The position numbers were made by a program, and so were the translations under genes. Below the pieces are notes generated by a model that did no database searches, had not been told where the DNA came from, and saw nothing but the letters and a program-made list of their open reading frames with translations. A DNA stretch of 61,504 nt from the NCBI GenBank assembly GCA_018985235.1, contig JADGIG010000009.1:1-61504 (forward strand). Reading direction: 5' to 3'. Shown here in pieces: positions 1 to 11,315 of this stretch (its first letter is position 1; every line of letters begins with the position of its first letter). This DNA is from Sanchytrium tribonematis (Eukaryota).

Positions 1-117
1 AACCTCTTCGAATAGCTTCTTAATCAAACAAATGACATCTAATTTTTGCTGCTAAATGATAATTATGCGAACCGTTTGTAGATATTTTTAATTCAAATTT
101 TTATTATAAACAAGGGG

Positions 118-3100
118 ATGAGCTATATCTCAACTTTAACCAATTTATTTCTTTCTCTTACACAAACTAATTACCTAACCTTCAATGAGCTTTGTATTAT
201 ATATAAGCAAAGCGGGTTGAATGACATGATGATAAATAATGTAGTGGAGGATATTGTTAGAACTACCAGTGGGATTTCAACAACTGACAAATTTAATTGC
301 GATCAGTTTATATATGGAATGCTGCTAATTTATAGAAACTTTCAAATGGATGTGGAAACCGATTTATCGATTTTGAGAAAAAAACTAAAGGACTCAACTT
401 TAGCTGATTTGGAATCTCTTCAAAAGCAATCAATGAAAGTAAACTCTCCAACTGTTCATCAAAAACCAGTTTCAAAAGTGGAATTTAGTGCGTCAGACAT
501 CTACACATCGTCACACAGAAGGAAACCAATTAGTAAGACTTCTGGCACGACAATGAAGGAGCAATTACTTCGACAATTAGGATTGTTGCGTGATATTGAT
601 AAATATATAACCTCAAATCACAGAAATCAAATTAGCGCCGATGAAAGTCCTTTTAGGAAACATACTCAGGATGTAAGTCTGATTATCGAATACATTCTGA
701 TAAAGTTGCATAGTGATACAATTAAAACTAGCAAAAAATTAAAGTCACTAGAAGTTCTTAATAAGGAAATTTTAATTTTAGAGCGTAAATTGTTTATGGT
801 ACGCGATGCCAAAAAGCATAATTACAATATAGCGAGCGCCGAAAGTAAGATTGAGTCGCCTTCATCAAATCCGAATTCGATTGAGGAGAAAGCTCAAAAA
901 CTTTTGTCAGAGAGAATGAAAACCTTGGGACTTAAGCAAGATTTTAATCCAAATGAAAGCAAGCTTCTTGGTGATGGCGTTAACAGGGCAAATTCATATA
1001 TGAAGCCCATTGAAGAAGCTCTTAGAACTGATGAATCTATAAATCGGAAACTTTTAAAAAGAATGCAAAACATAGATGGCACATTTGAGAAAATTTCTGA
1101 AAATGCTTGGTCAGAGTGGTGGAACATTTATCTCAATTTTGAAGTGGAGCCATCTCAATCTAAAATTAGGGAGCATATTAACACCATTTTAAGAAAACTT
1201 TTCCTATGGGACTCTACAAACTTAGAACGATGCCGTCAAGAATTGAAAAATATAGGTTTGCCAAACTCTTGGATAGAATCACCTGTTTTAAAATATAAAA
1301 ATCCTGATGATATGAGTTATCAAAAAAAGGTTCAGAATCTGAATATATTCAAAGAACTAGATTTAAGAAAGCCAGTTCCAGGTGACGTGCCAACCGAAAT
1401 TCGAAACAGTCCTCCGCCCATACCACCAACACGAAAAAGTAATCGCAATGATAAATCAGCAGAAGAGGATCCAACTGAATCTATCACTAGAACCAATTTG
1501 ACCAGACTTCCTTTTTTGCAAGAGATAAGTTCAACAAAAACTAGACTTATAGAAAAAGATGCCTTTGGTAAGAAAGAAGAGACACAATTAGCTGACTTGA
1601 AATCGAAAAATAATTTTAATTCCCCGGCTTTAAAAAATGCTCTAGAACACAAGGAAGCATTTAATTCCTCCCCTACACCTGCCTCCTCCTCCTCGTTTTT
1701 AAACGCACGAACTGAAGTAACCGACGACAAAAGGGGAGATTTATTGTCAGCTATTCGAGGATCTGGAGGACTTAAGGGATTGAAATCTTCCACTACAAAC
1801 TCTAATATCTTGCCCACAACCTTGATAAGCGATGGACGTATAGGACACAATAGCAACTTGGTCGATCAAATGAAGCAAGGCATCTCCGAAAGACGGCTTG
1901 CTTTCGGGCAAAGTAGCGAAAGTGACGATAGCTGGAGTGAATCTTCGAATAGTCACCACATAACGCCAAATCAAATAGATTTAAAGTCTGATCTGCATAA
2001 TATCGAAGAAAATGCGGAAGTATTAGAAATTTTTGAACCTTCAAAGGTTGATTCAATTAATAACGTTATTACCAATTCTACTAATGAAATTTTCAACGAT
2101 TTATCACCTCATAGCGAATTAACTCATTCTTTTGAGAAAGTGGAAATACCAGTAGGGGTTTTTCATGAATATAGAGCCCTTTACGATTTCCGCGGAACGG
2201 AAGAGGGAGACTTGTCATTCTCTAAAGGCGACAAGATTATTGTGAATGATTCAACAAATGATCTTTCTCAAAATGAAACGAGTTGGTGGTCGGGTTATAT
2301 CGAAAATATTGAAGGTATGTTTGGGAATTTTCCTGCCAATTATGTAATTCTTGAGGACTACGAACTTATTGATCCACCTTTTGAAAACAATTTGGGCAAA
2401 CAAATTCACGAACCTCGTGGGTTGCAATACGCGCGATGCATTTTTGATTTTGAGGCTGTCCAAACTGGTGATTTGAACATGAAAAAAGGAGATTTACTTA
2501 TTGTATCCGACTTTAACCCAGATGTGGGATGGGTTAACGCTCAATTCTATCATGATTTTACTAAACATGGAGATATTCCTGTCAATTACATTGAATTCGT
2601 TAATCACATTACACCAACTCAGGATACAGAAGAGTTATATGAAAACAATAAAGTGAAGGACGTGATACAGGAATTTATAATGACTGAGAGAACCTACGTT
2701 AGAGACATTCAAATGGTTGTAGAGTTGTTCGTTCGACCATTGCATATTAACAAAATTATAAGTATCGAGGACGTCTCTAATTTGTTTTGTAATTTGGTTG
2801 TTATTGAAGACGCAAATGCGGAGTTTCTTAGTAAAATCGAAGCCGCCACAGACTCTCTCAGTCAATCTATGTTTTTAAATATTCTAAAAGCATTTTCTGA
2901 ACAGTGGAATATTTACACTGAGTATTGTTCCTATCAATATGTCAGTCTCCAAACTTTTAAAAGACTTCAAAACACAAATCCTAAATTTTGTACATTTATT
3001 AAAGAAAATATGTCAGACCCACGCTGTAGAAATTTGGATTTAAACAGTTTTTTATTGCTGCCGATGCAGCGTATTACTCGCTATAATCTTTTACTGAAAC

Positions 3101-4209
3101 AAATCTTACACAATACCCCAAAAGAATCAAAACTTTTAGTTCTGACCGCAAGTTTAGCTGAAAATATTGATTCTTTGGTCAACAAAATCAACGAGGAGGC
3201 TAAAATTCAAGAGTCTAAAGTCAAAATTTCAGACCTGGAAAAAACCATCGATATGTCCCAATTGGAGTACCCTTTGAAGTTATCAGAAAAAACAAAATTG
3301 CAAGGCCAACGGATTTTAATAAATGAAGGGCCTTTGGAGAAGGCAAAGTCAGGTAGAAAACTTTATGCCTTTTTGTTCAATGATATGCTTCTGTTAACAG
3401 AACCTACAACCGGAAGCTCAAAATATACATTATACCGAAAACCTTTACGTTTGTCAGAGTTGGTCAATTTGCAGAGACTGCAGGACGTAGACAATATTAT
3501 CAGATTAGCGACGTATGATTTTGAGATACTTTTAAGAGCTAGCAATCCATCGAGTTTTAAGATGTGGACAAATTGCATTAAGAAGGCGATTGAGTCATAC
3601 AATATGACCAGCAAATTAGAATTGGAATCAGAAAAACTAGGTAAGTTTATCAATTCCCAGAGGTTGACATCTAAGGCCGAGTCTGTTTTTGGGATTTCTC
3701 AGCAAAATACGCTTCTCCACAATGATGAACTGATGGAGAAGCCTGCTGTAATTTTTTTACAAGAAAAGCTCAATAAACTAGACAGAATGCTCAGGATCGT
3801 CGACTTAGGAGAAGAACAATTACTAACTCAAGGTATGACAAAACAATTTATTGGAACAATACAGGTTAATATTGGAGAGGGTGAAAATTTTCCTCCTACA
3901 GACCTTAAAAAGTTTTTTGTTTTGATCCAAGTTGGAAATCAACGTTTGAAAACCAAAATAGTGAAGAATACGTTGAAACCCAAATTTAACCAAGTGCTTT
4001 TATTTAGTTTGAAGAGTTTGGATGATGTTTTAAAGATATTTTTATACAATCAAACCAAATATGCAGAAGACGTGATGGTAGGATTTCATGAGCTACCCTT
4101 AAACTTTTTGGAATATTATGGTGAGAAAGAGACCGAAAATATGATTATTAATGTGGGATCAGAGGCTAGGCTGAGTGTCAAACTTCGCTTCAAATCTGTT
4201 TCCCAATAA
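118..4209 (+). CDS. Intersectin/Cin1/Pan1-like endocytic scaffold (EH-like, coiled coil, WH2/WCA, 2x SH3, DH-PH RhoGEF, C2)
   Basis: SH3 motifs (YRALYDF...GDLSF...WW...FPANYV; ARCIFDF...IPVNYI), DH (EFIMTERTYV...LLLPMQRITRYNLLL), PH (LYAFLFNDMLL), C-terminal C2 and WH2 (RGDLLSAIR). Confidence 0.85.
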   Translation: MSYISTLTNLFLSLTQTNYLTFNELCIIYKQSGLNDMMINNVVEDIVRTTSGISTTDKFNCDQFIYGMLLIYRNFQMDVETDLSILRKKLKDSTLADLESLQKQSMKVNSPTVHQKPVSKVEFSASDIYTSSHRRKPISKTSGTTMKEQLLRQLGLLRDIDKYITSNHRNQISADESPFRKHTQDVSLIIEYILIKLHSDTIKTSKKLKSLEVLNKEILILERKLFMVRDAKKHNYNIASAESKIESPSSNPNSIEEKAQKLLSERMKTLGLKQDFNPNESKLLGDGVNRANSYMKPIEEALRTDESINRKLLKRMQNIDGTFEKISENAWSEWWNIYLNFEVEPSQSKIREHINTILRKLFLWDSTNLERCRQELKNIGLPNSWIESPVLKYKNPDDMSYQKKVQNLNIFKELDLRKPVPGDVPTEIRNSPPPIPPTRKSNRNDKSAEEDPTESITRTNLTRLPFLQEISSTKTRLIEKDAFGKKEETQLADLKSKNNFNSPALKNALEHKEAFNSSPTPASSSSFLNARTEVTDDKRGDLLSAIRGSGGLKGLKSSTTNSNILPTTLISDGRIGHNSNLVDQMKQGISERRLAFGQSSESDDSWSESSNSHHITPNQIDLKSDLHNIEENAEVLEIFEPSKVDSINNVITNSTNEIFNDLSPHSELTHSFEKVEIPVGVFHEYRALYDFRGTEEGDLSFSKGDKIIVNDSTNDLSQNETSWWSGYIENIEGMFGNFPANYVILEDYELIDPPFENNLGKQIHEPRGLQYARCIFDFEAVQTGDLNMKKGDLLIVSDFNPDVGWVNAQFYHDFTKHGDIPVNYIEFVNHITPTQDTEELYENNKVKDVIQEFIMTERTYVRDIQMVVELFVRPLHINKIISIEDVSNLFCNLVVIEDANAEFLSKIEAATDSLSQSMFLNILKAFSEQWNIYTEYCSYQYVSLQTFKRLQNTNPKFCTFIKENMSDPRCRNLDLNSFLLLPMQRITRYNLLLKQILHNTPKESKLLVLTASLAENIDSLVNKINEEAKIQESKVKISDLEKTIDMSQLEYPLKLSEKTKLQGQRILINEGPLEKAKSGRKLYAFLFNDMLLLTEPTTGSSKYTLYRKPLRLSELVNLQRLQDVDNIIRLATYDFEILLRASNPSSFKMWTNCIKKAIESYNMTSKLELESEKLGKFINSQRLTSKAESVFGISQQNTLLHNDELMEKPAVIFLQEKLNKLDRMLRIVDLGEEQLLTQGMTKQFIGTIQVNIGEGENFPPTDLKKFFVLIQVGNQRLKTKIVKNTLKPKFNQVLLFSLKSLDDVLKIFLYNQTKYAEDVMVGFHELPLNFLEYYGEKETENMIINVGSEARLSVKLRFKSVSQ

Positions 4210-4210
4210 A

Positions 4211-6042
4211 TTAATTTGCTTTTTGAAGAGCAAGCTCAGCTATATGAATGTTAAAATACTTCTTGTCATGGTGATTTCGGCCTCTAATTCTGCAATTTTA
4301 TACGTCAGTTCCTTTTCGTTGGCCGGCCTGTTCACGCGCAATTTATCCTCTATCCATCCATGAAAAAATTCGGCATCTTTAGTGGATAGCATACGCCTTT
4401 TTAGAGATTCAATTTTAATTTCGCGCATTACAGATTTCCACGATAGGTAATTTTGGAAGTTATTACCTTCGAAATTAATACTTGTTTTCTTAGAAACAGA
4501 AGTAGAGGAAACAGCAGAAGTTTGTCCTTTCAATTTAAGTGCTAAAATTTTAGCTTCGTCCAAATTGCCTAGAATTAATGCATTAGTAATATCTTCTAAT
4601 GGTGCCATTTTTTCCTCTAATTTTTTAATTTTCGCAGTTAATTTACGAATTTCCGACTCTCTTTGAATCAATTTTCCAGTGACTTCTCCATCAGCACCAT
4701 TGAGCCTCTCCGCTTGTCGGGTTATATCTGACAAAGCCATAATTGAAACCGGGCGTCTAACTTTTGGAACCGTAAGATCTTTTTTGACTTTATTACTAGT
4801 TAAAATCAAATTAGTTAAATGATCGATTCTTTCCCTCAAGGCATTTCGAAGAAGTTCCTGCTCTTCGAGCTCTTTTTTGTATTTCAAATTCTCTTCCATT
4901 AGTTTGTTTCTCTCATTTGTCCATTCCTCCTTCTCTTCATCTGTACGGAAGTCAGGGGAAGATAAAGAGGAAACCCTTTTGGGTAAAATTTGGGGTTGTT
5001 TTTCAAGTTGCAATTGTAAATTCCTGATTTCATTTCTGTACTTCTGCAACAAAGCTTGATCGTCCAATACTTTTGTTTTGCCAGCTTTAACAAGCATTTT
5101 TCTTAATCGGTCGGCAAAATACATTGTATTAATGCTTTCATCTAAAGCGTCATGGTGCGGATTAATGCAGCATAAAACCAAAACGAATGCATTCCCACAT
5201 AGGGATGATTGCAAAATTCTTGTCAGTTTGGAATCCCTATAGGGAATGTGCTTATTCGTTCCTTCTATTAACAGAGAAATGACTTTGCTTAAAGATAGTA
5301 GACTTCTATTTATGTAATGGCTTTCTAGCTGTCGCTGCTTACTTGATGTTGCTTTTTCACTCCCTGCTAGATCAATTAGATTTAAAGTAGAAAGCAAAAC
5401 AGACTGGCCATTTAATTCTCGACTTTCTATGATTATTTGGAAAATAGCATGACTTCGACTTGAATGTGCATTATAATCTGTGGCAGCACTATGTCTCCGC
5501 ACCAATCCCTGTTCTATGAATTCAATGCATTGGTCTTTTGAAGTTACAATGACCTCTTGCAATGGCCAAACAAAAGCACCTCTTGCTTTATTTTCTAAAA
5601 TTCTTAAAGGTTGAGCTGATTCTGCTAATAAATCTTTAATTTGTTCGTTATAAATTTCTAAAAATGTTATTCTTAATAAATATTCTTTTTCTGAATTCTT
5701 TATAATATCGAAAACAGTTTCTAATGCTAACGGAATAATTCCCATCTCATTGTTGCTTCCAAATATCGAATGTGTTTTCCCACTTGCTGTCGTTCCGTAA
5801 GCAAATAATGTCGCATTATATCCCTCCATAGCAGAGTGAATTATTTTAGACACTTTATTCGAATAAATTTCTGCGTTTGATTCATAGTGATATATTGGTT
5901 CATGAACAAATTCTTGCTTTGGACTTTTTAAAATTGGCGGTCTTATATCCCAACAACTATCCTTAATCGGATTGACTCGCACAAGCACCTTGAAAGTGTC
6001 CTTTAAAGGCGTTGAAGGCCTACTAGGATTCAAAGATTTCAT
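4211..6042 (-). CDS. Kinesin-7 (CENP-E/Kip2-like) motor; exons 6042-4260 and 4239-4211
   Basis: Motor motifs GTTASGKT, NAHSSRSH, LIDLAGSE and HIPYRDSKLTRILQ, then coiled coils. Removing a 20-nt intron extends the CDS to a TAA 1 nt from the neighbouring stop. Confidence 0.9.
4240..4259 (-). other. 20-nt spliceosomal intron GTATTTTAACATTCATATAG
   Basis: GT-AG with the TNAYNTAG ending; its terminal TAG is the apparent ORF stop. Confidence 0.75.
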
Positions 6043-6340
6043 GATGTAGCAAGTTTCAGAATTGAATGTTTAATGCTGGGACTAGTTTTAAATCATAATT
6101 TTGAGAATTAAAAGTGATTTGCTCACATAAATTAAATTAAAACATTAAAAATTAAATTAAACTGCCAAGTCATAATATATTTGTCCTTTTCAGAATTAAG
6201 TTTAAATGTAAATTATGTTCCAAATATATTATATGGGATTGAAACTGGAATCTGGCATCAGAAAGAACGTTTTTTAACAAAGAATCTGGTCATAATATTC
6301 ATATTGCAACAATAAAACTTTGCTAGATCTTTATTTCTCC

Positions 6341-6895
6341 ATGCAAAGTATTTTGAAATTTGCAAAATCTACTAAAACTTGCAAGAGATGCGGAATGCTA
6401 ATTAAATGCACCAGCGATCAAGATACACTGATACATAAGCGTACTTGCCAACCATATTTAACTTTGAAGAGTGGCAAAGTTGTTAAACATTTTCATGATA
6501 AAAATCAAATGGCACTAGATGGTAAAATCATATTATCAAAGAAAAGCAAAAAAATCTTACACTCCAAAAAAAACCAAAGGCTTTATAACTATACCAGAGA
6601 CACATTCGGCGGAGTAGAATTTCTCTACTCTGGAATTTTAACCTTTGTAAATGAATCATTTCAAATTCTTGGTTGTCTATTTTATGATCATATTGAATCA
6701 AAAGCAATCATACGAAATCTATGGGTACATCATCTGCAAAGAAGACGTAAAATCGCCACTAAATTAGTGGATTGTCTTCAACTTGTGCTTTTAAGTGGCA
6801 AAACGAATAATATTTTATGTTCAGATCTTACTGAAGATGGCAAAAACTTTTTTGACGTTTATTTTGACTTCAAAATACCAGTTTATTTAGAATAA
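6341..6895 (+). CDS. ECO1: Cohesin acetyltransferase Eco1/ESCO-like
   Basis: N-terminal PIP-like QSIL, zinc finger CKRCGM...H...C, and GNAT motifs IRNLWVHHLQRRRKIATKLVD and SDLTEDGKNF. Confidence 0.85.
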   Translation: MQSILKFAKSTKTCKRCGMLIKCTSDQDTLIHKRTCQPYLTLKSGKVVKHFHDKNQMALDGKIILSKKSKKILHSKKNQRLYNYTRDTFGGVEFLYSGILTFVNESFQILGCLFYDHIESKAIIRNLWVHHLQRRRKIATKLVDCLQLVLLSGKTNNILCSDLTEDGKNFFDVYFDFKIPVYLE

Positions 6896-6896
6896 A

Positions 6897-7508
6897 TTAC
6901 AGCCTTTCACTGACTTCAACGGTTCTAAAGGACGAGCTCATAATTATGCTCTGGTCATTTAGCATAATTTTCGGTACTTCCGCTAAATATTTAGAAGGGT
7001 AAAGAATTCTTCCTACACAAGAGATAAATTCTATCATCAAATTGACAATTTCACCACCAGCCATGGATGGTAAAACTAAATGAAACAATTCACTTTGGTA
7101 TTCGCTCAGAGCCAGTCTTTTAAATAGCCTCAGACACAAGTGCAAGTATTCAATTTCTTTGAGCTTCATGCTTTCCAACAAAATTTGAAATGATAGCTCA
7201 AAACCAATTTGTTTTCTTTTTTTCAGCAACTCATGCAACATCTCCTTTGTCAAAACAGGCTTGTACTTCCATTCTCTTATGATAAACAATAACACTTCGC
7301 AGTTTGAAATACTCAAAATATGGAGATTGTTTTTATGAATTTGCCTAACATGTTCTTTGACAAAATTGATAGATTTATCATTTTGCGGTATCCATGGGAT
7401 GTTGGCCAAGTTGACATCCCTACTCAAAAGCAAGATTCTGTCTATCAGATAGCTCAAGTTCAATCTATCTTCCTGGGCTGATGAGCTCAAGCAGAAATTG
7501 AAAATCAT
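6897..7508 (-). CDS. Hypothetical helical protein (weak degenerate RhoGAP-like appearance)
   Basis: 203-aa ORF filling the space between genes; no diagnostic motif. Confidence 0.55.
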   Translation of the reverse strand: MIFNFCLSSSAQEDRLNLSYLIDRILLLSRDVNLANIPWIPQNDKSINFVKEHVRQIHKNNLHILSISNCEVLLFIIREWKYKPVLTKEMLHELLKKRKQIGFELSFQILLESMKLKEIEYLHLCLRLFKRLALSEYQSELFHLVLPSMAGGEIVNLMIEFISCVGRILYPSKYLAEVPKIMLNDQSIIMSSSFRTVEVSERL

Positions 7509-7538
7509 TCACAAAGGCCAAGATTGTGGAAATATATT

Positions 7539-7835
7539 TTACTTATCTTCAACATAGTCACCAAAATACATTGGCGGTAAAGGTGCATTTCTATCTTCAC
7601 ATGTTCCATTAGGGGCACTAGGATATGTGTAAGGAAGCGGGTGCTTCCATTCTTTAAGAATATTCATAGTTTTTCTTATTTCATCTTTTGGATTACTAAT
7701 ATTCTTATTTTGGTCAAATTTTTGCCTAATCTCAAGGCAGTATTGCCTGTAAACCTCAAAACTCGGAGCATATGATCTGGCTGAGTACAGACATTGCTTG
7801 TATAATCGTTGAACAATCTGAGTATGTGTCAACAT
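7539..7835 (-). CDS. NDUFB9: LYR-motif protein, complex I subunit NDUFB9/B22-like
   Basis: RLYK, EIRQKFDQNKNI and HPLPY...APNGT...RN match the B22 pattern. Confidence 0.8.
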   Translation of the reverse strand: MLTHTQIVQRLYKQCLYSARSYAPSFEVYRQYCLEIRQKFDQNKNISNPKDEIRKTMNILKEWKHPLPYTYPSAPNGTCEDRNAPLPPMYFGDYVEDK

Positions 7836-7968
7836 TTTCAGGGGGTTTTCTTTGAAAAGCTTGCAATTTTTTGATCAATAAAGGATACTAATGTGGTCTA
7901 ATACATGCAAAAACAGCTGTGCTTATTCAATCTCTTATCAATTTATTTCGTTCCGTGTTGCATTTATT

Positions 7969-8733
7969 TTATACAAGAAGTACTGCGTTGACTACTCCGT
8001 CCAGTTCAGGATTATTACTAATTTGGGCATATTTACCCCAAACTATTCGGCCACCTTGAGTGACAAGTCCTAATTCCTGTACATCTACTTCTATAATAGT
8101 TCCTTTCGTTAAAACACCAAGTTGCGTCATTGTTCTCGATTGTGGATTCTGTTTTACGCCTAAAATTTGTAAATAAAAGGTGGTTTTAAGCTCAGGATGT
8201 GTGACGTGAGCCTTTGTATACCTAAGACCAGTAGGTCGAATAAATCTTTCATATTTTGGAGCTTTTCTAGTGAAGGTACTTCCTACAAATGTGGGCTTAG
8301 TGATCATTCTTTTCCACATTTTCTTCTTCCTTTTACCACTTTGAATCATTTTGAAAACTTCCGTTTCTGGCATCGATCTAACCTGTGGAATGTGAACGTC
8401 CCACTTTCCTTGCTTTTCAATTCTTTTTTGCTTCAAACGATTAGAAAGGATTTTTCCTTGCTCCAAGTTTCTGTCTAACAAATAAGTGGGGACCATATCA
8501 TTGACACTTTTTGTAACAGTCTTTTCTTCATGAGCTTTTATGGTTTTGAGCATAGAAATTTTCTTTGTAAATTGCTTCTTATTAAATTGTTTTGCTTTCC
8601 AACCATGTAATTTCTTTGCTAATTGTGCAATTTTATGGGGCTCGCGAGCTTCCTTCTTTCTCAGTTTTTCAATAAAGTCATATCGACGACCGTGTTGTTT
8701 GATAGACTGCTCTATGTAATTGTGTTGGGGCAT
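7969..8733 (-). CDS. NSA2: Ribosome biogenesis protein Nsa2
   Basis: Starts MPQHNYIE; conserved [19 protein letters not shown] and [12 protein letters not shown]...VNAVLLV. The true start is ATG 8733, not 8847. Confidence 0.95.
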   Translation of the reverse strand: MPQHNYIEQSIKQHGRRYDFIEKLRKKEAREPHKIAQLAKKLHGWKAKQFNKKQFTKKISMLKTIKAHEEKTVTKSVNDMVPTYLLDRNLEQGKILSNRLKQKRIEKQGKWDVHIPQVRSMPETEVFKMIQSGKRKKKMWKRMITKPTFVGSTFTRKAPKYERFIRPTGLRYTKAHVTHPELKTTFYLQILGVKQNPQSRTMTQLGVLTKGTIIEVDVQELGLVTQGGRIVWGKYAQISNNPELDGVVNAVLLV

Positions 8734-8761
8734 TTTGTTTTCAGGGGCAATATTGTTTTTA

Positions 8762-10448
8762 TTAGGGCATCTCAGTATCTTCCAGAAACTTGTATTCGAA
8801 CAAAAAATCAATTCTTTTCTTCGGAGACCATTCTTCAAATGGGTCAAATGTCATATATGTGCCAACTTCACAATTGTCGTGTATTTCTTTAGGTTCTTGG
8901 TGTCGCTGGAACCATAATTTTTCTTTGGTGTGAAACCTCCACGATTGTTTTTTTAGCTCTCTTGCTGCTAGGTATTGTTGCAAAGTTTTTTGCTGACAAT
9001 AAAATGCGAAAAACAATGTTTCACTATTAAATTTTTGAAATGTTATAGGATTGTCAAACAAAGCTAAAGGCATTTGTGGGAAGTAACTAGGGACGGAATG
9101 AGCATTTTTCGGAAAATATGGTTGCGTCCTAAATCAAAAAAAGATACGGTATAATATCATGGCTTGTTGGAATGTATTTCAGACTTGCTTCAAATAAAGC
9201 TGAACATTCTTCCACGGATCTTGTAAATGCGGTGTTTTTCGCGTGATTGAAACTAGCTAGCAAATCTTCAAATGCCTGCGGCACAGATATGTCCTGAGTA
9301 GGAATGTGTGCTTCTTTTTTTATTTTTCCGGAATCAGAAACTCCTTTGGCAGGAAGAGGAATCCCAGGAGCACTTGTTTTAATTGCTGCACGAAAATTAA
9401 GTACAGGGGCATTATTATTTTGTGCAGCAGATGACGGTACTTGGCCAGGTAATGGTCGCTCCTTAAGTTTTTCATCTTTTAGCATATCTGCGAATCCTTT
9501 GAGCTGTGGCGATTGAAATTGGGCAGTGGGTAATGGAGATTTACCTGGAGAATCCACCGCTGGCAGTGATGTCTCAATCGGTTTGATAATGGGAATCTGC
9601 TCTTTTTTAACAGGCGAATCAGCCTTAATTTCGATAGATTTTGAAGGCGTTTCTTCTTCTTTCTTATGGGAAGAGTTGGACCTTTTCGGTGGTAGGCTGC
9701 TACTATTTGCTGTTGGCGTCGGAAGCTCGTCTTTTTTCAACTCGATCATCCCAAATACCTCTTCCTGTTGATTCAAATCGAAGTCATCGTATATACCCTC
9801 ATCCATACCATCATCTTCCTCATAGTTTTCTAGATAATATTGGACAGAATCTTTAATATCTTCGATTTCTCCAGGCTCCACTTTTCCGTTTTCCAACATT
9901 CTTAATAAAATTTCTAGTTGGCCCTGATGGTATTTATGCCTCTCTATAAATTGCTCTAATTCTTCAAGTTTATCCTTATTCTTGTTCTTCATCTTTTTAT
10001 TGCCTTCGAGTTGCTCTATTTCATATTCAAACTTTTCTATATTACCTTCAAATTGTGAAAGTTGTTCTGCTATCCAATCCGAAGCTTCATTTTTTTCTTT
10101 TTCTTTTGGATCGATAATTTGTTGCGCCAGACCTTCTTTACTGAATGCTTTTAATTTTAGCTCTCTTTCCATCGCCTTGAATCGTTCCATTTGAGTCTCG
10201 ATAAGTCTTTTGTTTTCTTCGAGTGCTCTTTTATCTTTGATCTCATCCTTTTGTAGATATAACTTTATTTGATCCCTATTTCTTTGCAGTTTTTTAATTT
10301 CCTTCTTTAAATCTTGCTCTAGTTTGTCTCTTTGAGATTGGTTGCTCACCTGTAATATTTTTTCGTATATCTGGTCAAAGTGAGCGAGTCCTTCACCTAC
10401 CTTTTTGAGACATTTGTCAATTTCGATTAATAATTTTTTCAACGACAT
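8762..10448 (-). CDS. NOT3: CCR4-NOT subunit Not3/Not5; exons 10448-9148 and 9128-8762
   Basis: N-terminal Not3 coiled coil ([16 protein letters not shown]) is joined in frame to the NOT box (ETLFFAFY...[16 protein letters not shown]) after removing a 19-nt intron. Confidence 0.93.
9129..9147 (-). other. 19-nt intron GTATCTTTTTTTGATTTAG
   Basis: Removal fuses two ORFs through the conserved YFPKN...YFPQ linker. Confidence 0.92.
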
Positions 10449-10497
10449 GCGAGACAACCGGAGATTCTTGTTTATATTTATAACTGCAAAAATTTAC

Positions 10498-10866
10498 TTA
10501 TTCGTTCTTTTTGACAGGAAGATTTCTGAGGTTTGGACTATTTGGAGAGATGCTCAAGGTGTAGAATGCATATGCAGTTAACATTATAGCCATAAAAATC
10601 AATTTGACAACTTCCAGCTCATAGCATGTCACAATAAATTGGATAGGTTTTGGCCTTAAAATATATCCATCGATAGGAGTAGCAGCACTCCAGCTTATCA
10701 CATATTTTTGACAAAAAGGAATGTCTGAGATGGTCTGATTTAATTCTTTCAAGGCTGATTGGATTTTGTTTTGTGCAACCACCATTGTGTTCGTAATTGC
10801 AATCGCTACAAGCAAATACATGGTGATACCGAGACAATTTGTGTAGTTTTGTATGCCCCCTTTCAA
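10498..10866 (-). CDS. Small hypothetical membrane protein
   Basis: 122-aa ORF with two hydrophobic segments. Confidence 0.55.
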   Translation of the reverse strand: MKGGIQNYTNCLGITMYLLVAIAITNTMVVAQNKIQSALKELNQTISDIPFCQKYVISWSAATPIDGYILRPKPIQFIVTCYELEVVKLIFMAIMLTAYAFYTLSISPNSPNLRNLPVKKNE

Positions 10867-10914
10867 TATTCATTGGACGTAAAAACTATTTATTGAATTG
10901 CAATATTTACTTGT

Positions 10915-11307
10915 ATGCTTTTAAATTTGTATGTTCTTGCAATGTTTACGACAAACAGTCAAATGGGATCAAATTCATTCAATATGCCAAGCCAAAGCCC
11001 TGGGATGGGATTTGGTTCTCCTAGCATGCAAAACCCGAGCATGAGTAACGGGATGCAAGGGTTCGCAAATTCAGCTCAAAATGCAGCTATCAATCAGCAA
11101 ATACAGGCCCAACAGGCTGGAATGCCAAGTACTATTAACGCCGTTCCACAAGTACCTCCTGGCGTAAATGTGCAAGGCCAGATCCCTCAAAATCCCCCAA
11201 ATATTAATTCTCCTGGATCTTCTTCACAAACTCCTAACTTTAAGAGTTCTGCTTCAAAAAGTTCTACTGTCTTATATATATGCTTGTTATGGATCAATTT
11301 GCAATAA
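10915..11307 (+). CDS. Small secreted or GPI-anchored Q/N/P/S-rich protein
   Basis: Hydrophobic N-terminus, low-complexity core, Ser-rich stretch, then a hydrophobic C-terminus. Confidence 0.6.
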   Translation: MLLNLYVLAMFTTNSQMGSNSFNMPSQSPGMGFGSPSMQNPSMSNGMQGFANSAQNAAINQQIQAQQAGMPSTINAVPQVPPGVNVQGQIPQNPPNINSPGSSSQTPNFKSSASKSSTVLYICLLWINLQ

Positions 11308-11315
11308 ATATTATA

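Noticed and set aside
3641..3660. 20-nt GTAAGT...CAG intron-like segment in the intersectin-like gene
   Set aside because: It lacks the -6 A and TNAYNTAG ending, and splicing would frameshift away the C2 domain.
8734..8847. Apparent overlap of the NSA2 ORF with NOT3
   Set aside because: Conserved Nsa2 begins at MPQ (8733), so the extension is spurious.
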